Below are positions 1 to 12,246 of a stretch of 64,000 bases of DNA, one piece after another. The notes beneath the pieces were generated by a model. It worked only from the letters and a program-made list of their open reading frames with translations, was not told where the DNA came from and did no database searches. The stretch is taken from the NCBI RefSeq assembly GCF_006345805.1, contig NW_021836171.1:18997-82996 (forward strand), given 5' to 3'. Source of the stretch: Octopus sinensis (taxonomy: Eukaryota). How positions within the stretch are numbered: position 1 is the first letter of the stretch; every line of letters starts with the position of its first letter. Both the position numbers and the translations under genes were made by a program.

Positions 1-41
1 CAATATATTTGTCATTGTAATTAGATCTAATATAGAGACGT

Positions 42-426
42 CGTGGAGGCGCAATGGCCCAGTGGTTAGGGCAGCGGACTCGCGGTCATAAGATCGCGGT
101 TTCGATTCCCAGACCAGGCGTTGTGAGTGTTTATTGAGCGAAAACACCTAAAGCTCCACGAGGCTCCAGCAGGGGATGGGGTGATCCCTGCTGTACTCTT
201 TCACCACAACTTTCTCTCACTCTTCTTCCTGTTTCTGTGTACCTGTATTTCAAAGGGCCGCCATGTCACTGTCTGTGTCATCCTGAATATCCCGAGAACT
301 ACGTTAAGGTACACCTGTCTGTGGAGTGCTCGGCCACTTACACGTTAATTTCACGAGCAGGCTGTTCCGTTGATTCGGATCAACCGGAACCCTCGTCGTC
401 GTAACCGACGGAGTGCTTCCAATCCA
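42..426 (+). mobile_element. tRNA-derived SINE, family A (OR-like head), tail type 1, full length with 13-bp TSD
   Basis: A-box TGGCCCAGTGG, B-box GGTTTCGATTCCC; TSD AATATAGAGACGT at 29-41 and 427-439. Confidence 0.9.
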
Positions 427-592
427 AATATAGAGACGTACCCCTTGATTTCTAAAAATACTTAAGAGTCGTCATACATCACAATCTGGCTCTACGGCGA
501 TATTAAGACGGTGAAGATGCAATGCATTGCCATTAGTGACTGCCAGGAGAAATTTCTAGTCTTATTAGATTTTATGAAACTATTTTATGGTC

Positions 593-740
593 AGGCGTAG
601 GAGTAGCTGGCTTACCAACCACATGGTTCCGGGTTAAGTCCCACTGCATGGCACCTCGGGCAAGGTTCTTCTACTATAGCCTCGGGCCGACCAAAGCTTT
701 CTGAGTGAATATGGTAGGACGGATCTGAAAGAAGCCCGTC

Positions 741-775
<35 letters not shown>

Positions 776-1025
776 CTATATATATATATATATACATATA
801 TAAATGTGTGTATATGTTTGTGTGCTGTGTTTGTCACTCCAACATCGCTTTACAACTGATGTTGGTGTGTTTACGTCCACGCAACTTAACATTCGGTAAA
901 AGAGACCAATAAAATAAGTACTAGGCTTACAAAGAATAAGCCCTGGGTCCGATTTGCTCTACTATAAGGCGGCGCTCCATCATGGCCACAATCAAATAAC
1001 TGAAACAATTAAAAGATTAAAAGAG
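593..1025 (+). mobile_element. tRNA-derived SINE, family B (internal (TA)n, GGCCACAG..CTGAAACA tail)
   Basis: Matches about 10 other copies in the window (ggcaccttgggcaag...gaaagaagcccgtcg-(TA)n-...catggcc...ctgaaaca). Confidence 0.85.
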
Positions 1026-1369
1026 TTAAGATTAAAGATTAACCATGCTGTCAGCAGTTAGATTTGAAAGACAGAACTGCTTGTCGTTGTATACAACCCC
1101 GAGCATGGCTAGGTTGGGCCGTGCAAATCAACATCATACATTTTTATCGGAGTAGAAATATAACTACTGCAGGAAATATTTTGTTTACTGCACCCAACAA
1201 GATAAAAATTATATGTTTATCAAAAATGCATGGTTTACGCTACCTTTCAAATTACCAACAAAACAATGTGTATTGCATTATTTATTGAATAAAGATAACC
1301 AAAAAGGTGAACAAGTTTCGAAGAAACGGAAAGAGGGGGAAGTGATTGAAACAAACTGAAACAAAGCAA

Positions 1370-1400
<31 letters not shown>

Positions 1401-2198
1401 ATAGAGCAATGGTGACAGTATTAATTGTGACAATGTGAACAACAGAGATGGCGATGATAATAACAAAAGCAACAAAATGAAGCGAAGATGAAACATATGA
1501 TGATGATGATGATGATGATTATGATGATGATGGTGTCGGTGGTGATGTAGGTGCAGATTGCAGATGGTGGTAATGAAGGGATATTAAAAGCGAGTGAGCG
1601 GATAAGGATTCGGTTGTTGGTACAGCAAAATACAGCAACAACAAATAAAACTGAAGAAAATGAGGGATACGAAGGAAAGAGAAAATGGATACAAAAGAGC
1701 AAAATAATGCAATGAAGATTCCCAGACCATTTCAACATTGTACACTCGCACAAACTGTACTAGAAATTCTCACATCCATTTACTTATTCTAGCATTCAGT
1801 CATAAAATATAAGGTGAGTTTCCGGTCTTAATTCACGAGTCCTCCATTTGGCGACTCGTTATTAAGGGTCAGCCATTATGTATTCATTTCCTGGGTTCAA
1901 CTTGAGCTCCTTTCGCATGTTCCAGATCCATTAAGTTGGTCTTTCGCTGTTTCTCACATCCCTGTGAGTTGTTGTCATCCTCAATCATTCAGCCACTCAT
2001 ACGTCTCGCAGCTTTTTCAACAGACAAGGAAATCTCACTAGATAAGGCTAATTCGAATTAGCCAGATTTGCTTGACCAGTTCAGGCACTTGTTTACTTTC
2101 CCTCTCTGAAGCTTTCTCAAACCCACGCCCTCAAGAGACTGTCAGTTTAATCAGAATTATCTATTAAGTCCATTTTAGGATATTTGGAGATTATAGGG

Positions 2199-2341
2199 CA
2201 GTGTTTCTCAGCCGGCATGTAAGTGGCCCTTGGAAATACATAATATTTTATTGTTAAAATTTATCTACAATAAATTGGTTCAACATCTACAATATCCTAA
2301 ATCTTTAATTTTTTGTATAATTCCTAATAATATTTAAATAT
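2199..2341 (+). mobile_element. hAT-like MITE left end (interrupted by a SINE)
   Basis: Starts CAGTGTTTCTCAGCC, resembling hAT/Charlie TIRs; matching right TIR not found. Confidence 0.4.
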
Positions 2342-2616
2342 GTTTGTTCTTTCTCGAGCCATGCCTGGCTCATAAGGGCCGGTTTCCCGGTTTTCTTGGC
2401 ATATACGTTTCCTACCTGAACGATACGTCGGTCTGTCGCAGGTGAGCTGCAAGACGCAGGAGGAAAGAGTGAGAGAATGTTGTGACGAAAGAGTCAGCAG
2501 AAGTTCGCCATTACCTTCTGCTGGAGCCGCAGACACATTGTTCGGTCTGAGATTCGAACCCACCATCCCTCGACCGCGAGTCCGCTGCTCTAACCTCTAG
2601 GCCATGTACCTCCACC
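2342..2616 (-). mobile_element. SINE family A head with tail type 2, 13-bp TSD
   Basis: tRNA head at right end; TSD AATATTTAAATAT at 2329-2341 and 2617-2629. Confidence 0.88.
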
Positions 2617-3867
2617 AATATTTAAATATAACAATACAGTTAGATTTTTTTATATGTATGGAATAGCTATGGATATGCAGTAGAGTGATACAAGAACGAA
2701 CGGAGTCCATATTCATAACAAATGTTCTAGGGTAAGCGACGTTTCCTTTTCAGCCGCACCACATCTCTCCTAAGTGCTGGGAGATTTGATTAGTCCCTAG
2801 GAAGATATTGATATCTCTTACTCTCTGATGATCTGACCAGCTGTGGGCTGATCTCAGGAACGTGAAATATTTATTTTTCCTCTGGTACAAGATATCACTC
2901 AGGTGTAGCCATTGCATCATCCAGGTATCCTGTGGTATAGTACAAACTGGTACACTCCCAGGGTGTGTGTCAACGTGGTTTTCTCTCCATTGAACTGTAA
3001 CGGGAGTCCTCAATTATCCACTACCAATGCAAGTTCATTGATATTTTTAATGGTGATACACTGGATCGGAGCAGGAAATCGATGAGGAAGTCACCAGGCT
3101 TTCAAATTCAGGTGATGTGCTCTTCACTCTCGCATTTCCCAATTTAAATTTCTCTATTAAGATCTAAACTTCAGACGTGGATTTTTCCTTCCTTCCTCAT
3201 GTCTCTTAGCTCAGTATTAATTCAGTTAAATTCTTCGTTTTACTTGTATTTTACTTTCTAGAATATCTCCTGTCAGAACGGTATCATTGTCGAAACGTCC
3301 CATTTATTGTCTAAGTTTCATGTTATCAAATCTGGAATGGTGTTGATATAATGAAGAAATTTTTTTTGTTATAGCTTAGTCTATGGTCAACAGTGATTGA
3401 AGAAGTTGATTGCGAAAAGCATCCGAATGTGACTGTCCTGACATTTTTTCTCTATCGATAAGAACATTATCCTATGTGTTACTACTTACGTCGCATTTTA
3501 ACGGAATAGGCATACGATATGATCGATATTTGAATGATATAAGCTATATTTTTAACGAAACGAATAACCACATTACTGTTAACCTGTTAAGTTAAATATC
3601 CTGAATTCACTGCCGCTGCTTCTGCTGCTACTACTGTTACTTGTTGCTGCTTCTTATTTATTACGCAAGACAAATATGATCGTGCAAAACTCTGCTGTCA
3701 CCATTCTGTCTTGTTGAAAGTAAGAAGTATTACATAATCCTATAACGCGTCCTTAGACATGGAATGGTTTGACAGGAGTGTTTCGTTAACAGCAAGATCA
3801 TCGCACATAAGGAATTCAAAGCAGATTGTCTGAAGTATATGACAACATTCCGATTCCATAATGGGTA

Positions 3868-4651
3868 AAGTGGCGAGCTGGTAGAACCGTTAACACGCCG
3901 GGTAAAATGCTTAGTCGTATTTCGTCTGCCGCTACTTTCTGAGTTCGAATTCCGCCGAGGTCGACTTTGCCTTTCATCCTTTCGGGGTCGATTAAGTAAG
4001 TACGAGTTACGCACTGGGGTCGAGATAAACGACTTAATCCGATTGTCTGTCCCTGTTTGTAGCCCGTTGTGGGTAGTAAAGAAATAGGTATTTCGTCAGC
4101 CACTACATTCTGAGTTCAAATTCCGCCGAGGTCGACTTTGCCTTTCATCCTTTCAGGATCGATTAAATAAGTATCAGTTACGTACTGGGTCGATATAATC
4201 GACTTTATCCGTTTGTCTGTCCTTGTTCGTCCCCTCTGTGTTTTTTGCTCCTTGTGGTAGTAAAGAAATAGGCATTTCTTCTGTCTTTACGTTCAGAGTT
4301 CAAATTCCGCCGAGGCCGACTTTGCCTTTCATCATTTCGGGGTTGATAAATTAAGTACCAGTTACGGACTGGGGTTGATGTAATCGACTTAATCCCTTTG
4401 TCTGTCTGTCCTTGTGTGTCTCCTCTATGTTTAGCCCCTTTTAGATAATAAAGAAATAAAAGTTAGCACGCCGGGCGAAATGCTCAGTGATATTTCGTCT
4501 GTCTTTACGTTCTGAAATCAAATTCCGCCGCGGTCGACTTTGCCTTTCCTCCTTTCGTGATCGATAAATTAAGTACCAGTTACGGACTGGGGTCAATGTA
4601 ATCGACTGGCCCCCTCAACCGGGCCTTTTGCTTAAAGTAGACAAGACTATT
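3868..4651 (+). mobile_element. SINE family C, tandem array of four ~170-220 bp modules
   Basis: Head tggcgagctgg..., then repeated gagttcaaattccgccgaggtcgactttgcctttcatcctttcggggtcgat modules starting near 3918, 4089, 4272, 4490. Confidence 0.88.
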
Positions 4652-5356
4652 TCGATTCCTGCTTTTCCTAAGTTCATTTTAGTTTCATGTTTTAGTATTT
4701 CGGTGAAAGCTATTCACATCATAGTCTCTTATTCTCCTTATTTCTTCTTAATTATTAAACTGAAGTACTGTGTCAAAAGCAATGATATTGAGCATTTTAG
4801 AACTTGAGGAGTGTAGCAAACACGGTCTGGTTATGTGTCGGAATATATTCAATATACATTCATTTAAGTAATAAGAGATTCGTTAGCTTAAGTTACTGTT
4901 AACATATCTAATGATTCGTACACTGAAATCTAATTAGAAATAATTAAATTGTTCTGAAGAAATAACTTTACTAGTTCAATGAAGAATAAGTATGATTTTA
5001 ATTATTCCCGGAAGTACGAGAGATGACCTCGTACACGTTTTAATGTTATGAAATCTCGTCAGTAAGGCATAATTACACAGTACCCGATGAAGTAGTAATG
5101 GGATAATCATGGAATAGATGTACAAGATTGTGTAAAGATGAACAATTAACATATTAAATAAATAAATTACAGAAGATAAATACTCGGGTTAATTCCGTGA
5201 GGTCACTTTTATCCTTATGAAAAGAAAAGTTAAATTGGTGTCTACACATTTAATGTAGTGAACATTGAGACATCTAATTAGAAATATTTATGCAGTGAAA
5301 TAGAGACAACAGAAGTTCAATTGCTAATTTTTATCCTGATATATGTTCGTCTAGTA

Positions 5357-5560
5357 AGATGGCGATCGTAGGAGAATCGTTAGCCCGCTGTGACATTTTG
5401 GCCGTCGTTTGATTGTGAGTTCAAATTCCGCCGAGGTCGATGTTGCCTTTCAGCCTTTCGCGGTCGATAAAATAAGTACCAATCGAGCACTGGAGTGGAT
5501 GTAATCCACTTAGACCCTCCCTCAAAATTGTTGGTCTTGTGACGAAATCTTAAAGCCATA
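5357..5560 (+). mobile_element. SINE family C, single diverged copy
   Basis: gagttcaaattccgccgaggtcgatgttgcctttcagcc core. Confidence 0.8.
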
Positions 5561-5584
5561 TTTTTTTACTCAATAAGAGATTTT

Positions 5585-5815
5585 TATTTTTTACATGTTT
5601 CAGTAATTTGACTGTGGCCATGCTGGAGCACCGCTTTTAATCGAGCAACTCGACCCCGGGATCTATTCTTTGTAAGCCCAGTACTTATTCTATAGGTCTC
5701 TTTTGCCGAACCGCTAAGTGACGGGGACATAAACACACCAGCATCGGTTGTCAAGCAATGCTAGGGGGACAAACACAGACACACACACACATATATATAT
5801 GTACATATATATATG

Positions 5816-5872
<57 letters not shown>

Positions 5873-6035
5873 GACGGGCTTCTTCCAGTTTCCGTCTACC
5901 AAATCTACTCACAAGGCTTTGGTCGGCCCGAGGTAATACTAGAAGACACTTGCCCAAGGTGCCACGCAGTGGGACTGAACCCGGAACCATGTGGTTGGTA
6001 AACAAGCTACTAACCACACAGCCACTACTGCGCCT
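5585..6035 (-). mobile_element. SINE family B, full length
   Basis: Reverse complement of the family B head, body and tail with internal (TA)n. Confidence 0.88.
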
Positions 6036-6627
6036 GTTTAAGTATTCTTAAGCCTTCGCAGTGACGCAAATTTTGTATCACGTAGGTGAGAAACTTAACA
6101 TAATTTTAAAAGATAAACCCCCTCAGGTCATTCATGGAATGACGTCATCGACATGAAATCACGTCATCGACATGAAATCAGCAGTTAATTGAGTGTTAAT
6201 TAAATGCAGTGATTATCAACATCGCATTATATATCAACTTCGTTAAAATTAAAAATTGTTATATGAAGTGGCTGTATTTATGACTGTCTCTGAATACATT
6301 TAAGAACAATCGCGTCGTTATATATCTGCTCACATATAAGATTCGAACCGGCCACTCATCGACGAAACATCCGTGTCACGTTTTACAGTTTCCCTTTCTC
6401 CTAAAATACCGGAATATTTAAGTGTGATAACTTTTATAGAAATATACAAAGCAATAATGATAAATAGAAGATAAAATATTTTAAACGTTTTTCAAAACCG
6501 AAAACCATTAAGTAAGCGTGGCTAAATATCACAGACGTCGAGCCTGATTCAATTTGATACGATCTTTCAGGAAATGATAATTTTTGAAATGGTCCTCTAT
6601 ATTACGTAGGTTGTATAAATCTGTTTC

Positions 6628-6707
6628 ATTATATATATATTATGTGTGTGTATGTATGTATGTATATATATGTGTATGTATATGTATAATATGTGTGTAT
6701 GTATATA

Positions 6708-6751
<44 letters not shown>

Positions 6752-7370
6752 GTGTGTATGTATGTATGTATATATATATGTATATATATATATATGTGTG
6801 TATGTATGTGTATATATATATGTATATATATATGTGTGTATGTATGTATTATATATATATGTGTGTATGTATGTATGTATGTATATATATATGTATATAG
6901 GTGTATGTAATGTATATATATATATGTGTGTGTATGTATGTATGTATGTATATATATATGTATATATGTATGTATATGTATATATGTATATATATATATG
7001 TATATATGTATGTATATGTATATATACATGTATATATATATGCATATGTGTATATGTATATATGTATGTATATGTATATATATGCATATATATGTATATG
7101 TATATATATGCATATATATGCATATATATATACGTATATATATATATATGTATATATATATGCATATATATATGCATATATGTATATATACTATTATAAT
7201 ATATGTATATGTATATATATGTATATGTATATATATGTATATTATATATATATATATGCATATATATATGTATATATATGTATATATATATATGTATATA
7301 TATGTATATATATATATATATGTATATATATGTATATATATGTATATATGTACGTATGCATGTATGTATT
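6628..7370. repeat. Compound (TA)n/(TG)n/(TATG)n microsatellite
   Basis: Direct inspection. Confidence 0.95.
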
Positions 7371-8140
7371 CATAAATATTGTGTCGCTTGGTGTAAAAGA
7401 ATGTTATTTTGTTTCACTGTCCTTTGTTACACATCTACTGATTCCAGACGGTCGACTGTGACCGTTCCAAATACCGATGAGCTCAACAACAGCAGATTAA
7501 GTAAACCGATAAATAGCATTAAACTCTTGACTGCAAAAAGCCTTTTAAACCTACATAGGTAGCTGCAAATATCTTCCATATATCGAAGCAAACGTTGAAA
7601 TGCGTCAATGTGTCGCTCGACAAATAGCGGGGAGTAATGCATGTCATATTTGGACTATAGATTATCTAGAACGCTAGTAGATAGATGAATGTAGATAAGT
7701 TGTATACACTTTCATCTAGTTGCAGACCACAGTTTTGTAATCGGTACGGTCAACTTCGATAGGGTTAGACACATAACTGATTACTGTTAGCAGACCGCAT
7801 ATTTTTCTGACATTATACGCATTCACTGACCTGATTCCAGAGATAGTAGAGAATTGACGTGACTCATTATGAATAACAGATGTTGGAGATATTAAAACCG
7901 CAAAGAAAAAAAAACACTAATAATAATTATTGTGAATCCATTAGGTTCAGAGAAGATATGGCGCCAGACTAAAGCGGGATTTAGTCGACAAAATTAAATG
8001 AGAATTTAAAAATATATTGAGTGAGAGATGCTGATTTTCTAGCTGGAAGAAATAACTTCCGTTGTTTCTTTTAACATTTAACACGGAAATTTGTGTTGTT
8101 CGTGTATACGATGTTTACAATCGTACACCTGCGTAAAACT

Positions 8141-8722
8141 GATTACAAATATCTTGGGTCATATATACCATCATCTGGAAAAGATTTTCTAACCAGAAAG
8201 GGTATGGCATGGTCAGCCTGTAATGACATGCATAAGGTCTGGTCATCAAATCTAAGTAGAGACTTCAAACTTGAAATCTTCAAAGCCACAGTCGAACCAA
8301 TTCTACTATATGGCTCAGAAACGTGGACGTTATCAATTAAGCTTGAGAGGCGGTTGGATGGAACCTACACTCGCCTCCTTATGAGAGCTCAAAATCTCTC
8401 GTGGAAGCGTCATCCAACAAAAATGCAAATATATGGGAAACTCCCACCTGTGTCATCTCTTGTGAAAAGTAGGAGAGTCCAGTTTGCTGGACATTGTTGT
8501 AGAGCTGAAAACGAGGCAATTTCTACTCTTCTCCTCTGGAAGCCATCTACTCGCAATACCAGAGGGCGCACACTCTCCTACTCTGATGTAATCTCCAGGG
8601 ATACAGGCATCCAGCAACTGGACCTACGTAATGCTATGATGGACCGTGAAGTCTGGCGTAGCATGGTAAATTCCATTGTCTCGACCACAGTCGAACAATG
8701 ATGATGATGATGATGATGATGA
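8141..8722 (+). mobile_element. 5'-truncated RTE-clade-like LINE (RT thumb/C-terminal region) with (GAT)n tail
   Basis: Open frame DYKYLGS...ILLYGSETWTL...FAGHCCR...DREVWR ending 8701, then a (TGA)n tail. Confidence 0.88.
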
Positions 8723-8949
8723 TTGAGACAGTAAATGGACAGAGATAATATGGCGCGATTAACTAGTCTAAGATGAGAAAAGTATTTAGCAGACTTGCAA
8801 AAGTTAAATGCACTAAGTTTGATGATAATCTGCAATTCATTCTTTGGAGTATACCAGACCAGTTTGACACCGTCGCTATTAACTTGTATTTTTTACCGAA
8901 AGCAACAAAAAGACTACCTTATTTGCTAGTAAGTGAACCTGCTGCTGCA

Positions 8950-9190
8950 AAACAAATTGAACTTTTTTTTCTGTAGTTTCAGCTCAGAGCTCCGGCCATG
9001 CTGATGCACCGCCGTTTTGCAAGAATGATATTGCTGAAAGCCTCCTCCAGTATGTGGCCTTGGTAAAGAATGGAATTTGATATAGCTACCGTCATTTGCA
9101 CGTCTTGCCGTGAGTAGGTTCATCTGGTACTCTCGACCGAAAGAGGTCCAGCTCTGATTTAAAAAACGCCTACATCTGTTTTGTGCAGGC
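8950..9190 (-). mobile_element. Diverged SINE/LINE-tail element ending in the family-B-like tail
   Basis: Minus strand ends ggcggtgcatcagcatggccggagctctgagctgaaactacag-A-rich. Confidence 0.5.
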
Positions 9191-9236
9191 GTTAGCAACT
9201 TGTGCTGAATTAAAGGGTATTAATATTACTTAATAA

Positions 9237-9437
9237 AAGGGTGGCGAGCTGCCAGAATCGTTACTGCACCGGGTGAAATGCTTAGCGGCATTTCCTCCGT
9301 CATTACGTTCTGAGTTCAAATTCTGAAGAGGTCTTTCATCCTTTCGATAAAATAAGTACCAGTTGAATACTGGGACCGATATAATAGACTTATTCACTCA
9401 CCGGAAATTGCAAGCCTAGTGACAAAATTTGAAATCA
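9237..9437 (+). mobile_element. SINE family C
   Basis: gggtggcgagctgccagaatcg head plus core. Confidence 0.8.
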
Positions 9438-9545
9438 AAATAAAACCAAAAACACTGCCGAGTATCCTACGTGTACGTCGTGGCCTTGAGTTAGCAGTAG
9501 CGAACTTTTCCAGTTATCTATCTCTCTGTCTCATATATATATAGA

Positions 9546-9576
<31 letters not shown>

Positions 9577-9577
<1 letters not shown>

Positions 9578-9680
9578 AAGTTAATCCAAACAAGAAAACA
9601 AAAAGACAACAACGCGAGGATGTGGAACAAATAAAGTATTATTGGACGCTCAGGAAAGAAGGGAAGAAGGAGAAGGAAAT
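9577..9680 (-). mobile_element. Penelope-like terminal fragment abutting (TA)n
   Basis: Same architecture as the P1 ends (..gtatta..acgctcagga..), abuts (TA)n; the ribozyme segment is absent. Confidence 0.45.
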
Positions 9681-9856
9681 AAACACAGAGAGGACAGACA
9701 AACGGATCGAGTCGATTATATCGACTCTAGTGCGTAACTGGTACTTAATTTATCGACCCCGAAAGGATGAAAGGCAAAGTCGACCTCGGCGGAATTTGAA
9801 CTCAGAACGTAACGGCAGATGAAATACCGTTAATCATTTCTGCCAACTCACAGCCT
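9680..9856 (-). mobile_element. SINE family C module
   Basis: Reverse complement of the family C core. Confidence 0.82.
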
Positions 9857-10494
9857 TAACATGTGTTATAATAACAGTGATGAGAAATGTGTGAGTGATG
9901 AAAACGCATCTGATTGCGGGGGGGGGGGGAGGAATGGCTGAACATATCTGTGAGTGATTGTATGCCAAGACGTTGAGTAACATCATCAATGTTTAAGATG
10001 TAGAACAGATATCCAATTGTGCGTCTTACCCGTACTTAAAAATCGATAACTAAGGTATTTCCGGGTGAAAACAGTAAACCTGGAAGAATGACAAAGAAGT
10101 TGAAGCCGTATGTTATTAATAAAAATAAAAAAAATTCCAGATGTATAGAAAAAATATGTATCTATATCAAGATTAAGAAAGAAATAATTGTAGACACACA
10201 CACGTAAACGCGCGCTTCTCCTAAACACATACAAGAAAGAGAGAGAGAAGGAGTGAGGGAGAGAAAGACAGGCAGACGGACGAATGGATGGGGGAATAGA
10301 TAGGCAGCGAGACAGAGCGATAAATAGGTAAGAATAAGATAAATAGGTGTGTTGTAAGTATGTATTAATTAAGTAGGTAAGCATGTATTAGGTAAGTATG
10401 TAGGTAGGCTGGTAGGTAAGTAGGCACGAAGGTGAGTAGAGAGGTAGGTAAGTAAGTAGATTGGTAAATATAACTTTAATAATTTTGCTGGATA

Positions 10495-10865
10495 ATGGCA
10501 GAAATGACAGCGTGCAGGGCAAAATACTTAACGGCATTTCGTACATCTTTGCCTTCTAAATTCAAATTCGACTGAGGCCGAATTATGCTACAGGGGTCCA
10601 CAAAATAAGGACCAGCCGAAGACTTGGTTCGGTGTAATTTACTAATGCCCTGCCGCGAAAATTTTGTCCTTCTGACAAAATTTAAAACCGGCAAGGTGGC
10701 CTATTAAGGCGGTGAAGAGGCAGAATCGTTACTGCGCCGGATAAAATGCTTAGCGGCATTTCGTCCGTCATTACGTTCTGAAATCAATTTACTTAGATGT
10801 TGATTTTACCTCTCATCTCTTTCAGGGTCGATAAATTAGGGATCAGTTGAACACTGGGATCGAAA
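10495..10865 (+). mobile_element. Two adjacent diverged SINE family C copies
   Basis: Degenerate head and core at ~10495-10690 and ~10705-10865. Confidence 0.65.
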
Positions 10866-10923
10866 TACCACTCATCGTGCGAAAATTGAAGCTAATAACT
10901 CAGAATATGCAGTAAAGCCAAAA

Positions 10924-11432
10924 TAATGATGATGATAATAATAATGAAAATAATAATAATAATAATAATAATAATAATTAATAATGAAAATAAAAAAATA
11001 ATAATGAAAATAATAATAATAATAATAATGATAATAATAAAGAAAATAATAATAATAATGAAAATAATAATAATAATGAAAATAATAATAATAATGAAAA
11101 TAATAATAATAATGAAAATAATAATAATAAAAATAATAATAATAATAATAACAATAATAATGATAAAAATAATAATGAAAATAATAATAATAATAATGAA
11201 AATAATAATATTGAAAATAATAATAATGAAAATAATAATAATAATGATAATAATAATAATGAAAATAATAATAATGATAATAATAATAATGAAAATAATA
11301 ATAATGAAAATAATAAAGAAAAAATAATGAAAATAATGAAAATAATAATAAAGAAAATAATAGTAATAATAATAATGAAACAAATAACAATAATAATGAA
11401 AATAATAATAAAAATAGTAAAAATAATAATAA

Positions 11433-11463
<31 letters not shown>

Positions 11464-11557
11464 TGAATAATAATAATAATAATAACAATGATAATAATAA
11501 TCATAATAATAGTAATAACAATAACAACAATAATAATAATAATAATAATAATAATCT
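10924..11557. repeat. (AAT)n/(AATGAA) microsatellite
   Basis: Direct inspection. Confidence 0.95.
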
Positions 11558-11951
11558 AATTTCTAACATGAAAACACCTATATGCTAGCTACTGTATTTT
11601 CTTTGTGAATGTGACTGCGAGTGGAGTATGTACTTTAAAACAATAGCAAAGGAAAAGCCACGCAAAGAATTATACAACACGAAACAATAGAACGAGGGAA
11701 ACAGACTGCTGATGGATATATATGTATGATTGGACAATGTGATAAAAGTATGTGTAAAATTTCACACTCACACAACGCATACACAGACACACAAACACGT
11801 GTGTTATGGGCTTCATCATTAAAAATTAATTTGTGCAACGATCACATTATACGAAACGAGGTTACTATGAGCACATTTACGTAGGTTGGCTTTAGTAATA
11901 CATCGATACATAAATACAGAAGTATACAGAAACAAACACGCATTCGCACAA

Positions 11952-12014
<63 letters not shown>

Positions 12015-12092
12015 TATCTATATAAGTCCATTTTTAAAGGTGTAACGTTTATACTAGTCTTGATAGAATTGTCATATCGGTTCTATTTTAGC

Positions 12093-12139
12093 AAAATCTC
12101 CGACGAACGGGAACGTGAAACTCCGAGTAACAGGTTTTG
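12093..12139 (+). ncRNA. Hammerhead-ribozyme-like motif (type I, CCGACGA core) in a Penelope-like terminal fragment
   Basis: CCGACGA-ACG[GGAA]CGT-GAA-ACT[CCG]AGT-A-ACAG; the 5' strand of stem I is damaged in this copy. Confidence 0.65.
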
Positions 12140-12186
12140 TTGAATTTCTGCTGCTTTTAAAAAATGTATATGCATATGTGTGTATT

Positions 12187-12221
<35 letters not shown>

Positions 12222-12246
12222 GTATATATATATACATGCATGAACT

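Noticed and set aside
42-120. tRNA gene calls at SINE heads
   Set aside because: Heads continue into SINE bodies, have TSDs and lack a proper acceptor stem and Pol III terminator
2750-3013. 87-aa minus ORF
   Set aside because: No recognisable domain; other frames show only weak, stop-ridden resemblance to TE proteins
3868-4651. CRISPR-like repeat array
   Set aside because: Units are 170-220 bp homologous throughout with no unique spacers; eukaryotic SINE modules
6142-6179. 19-bp perfect tandem duplication
   Set aside because: Ordinary slippage duplication with no evidence of function
6345-6385. CGAAACA[TCCG]TGTC hammerhead-like 3' half
   Set aside because: No CUGANGA core or stem II upstream
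6584-7461. Long Y/I/M/C/V/H/T ORFs here and in similar tracts (13.3, 17, 25.5, 34.4, 36, 44-46, 48, 58-59 kb)
   Set aside because: Translations of (TA)n/(TG)n/(TATG)n microsatellites; open on both strands and in several frames
8926-9198. 90-aa minus ORF with a good-looking acceptor (ttttttaaatcag)
   Set aside because: Its 3' part is a SINE-B-like tail, so the region is more likely a repeat
10872-11504. Poly-Ile/Lys/Tyr/Leu ORFs
   Set aside because: (AAT)n microsatellite artefact
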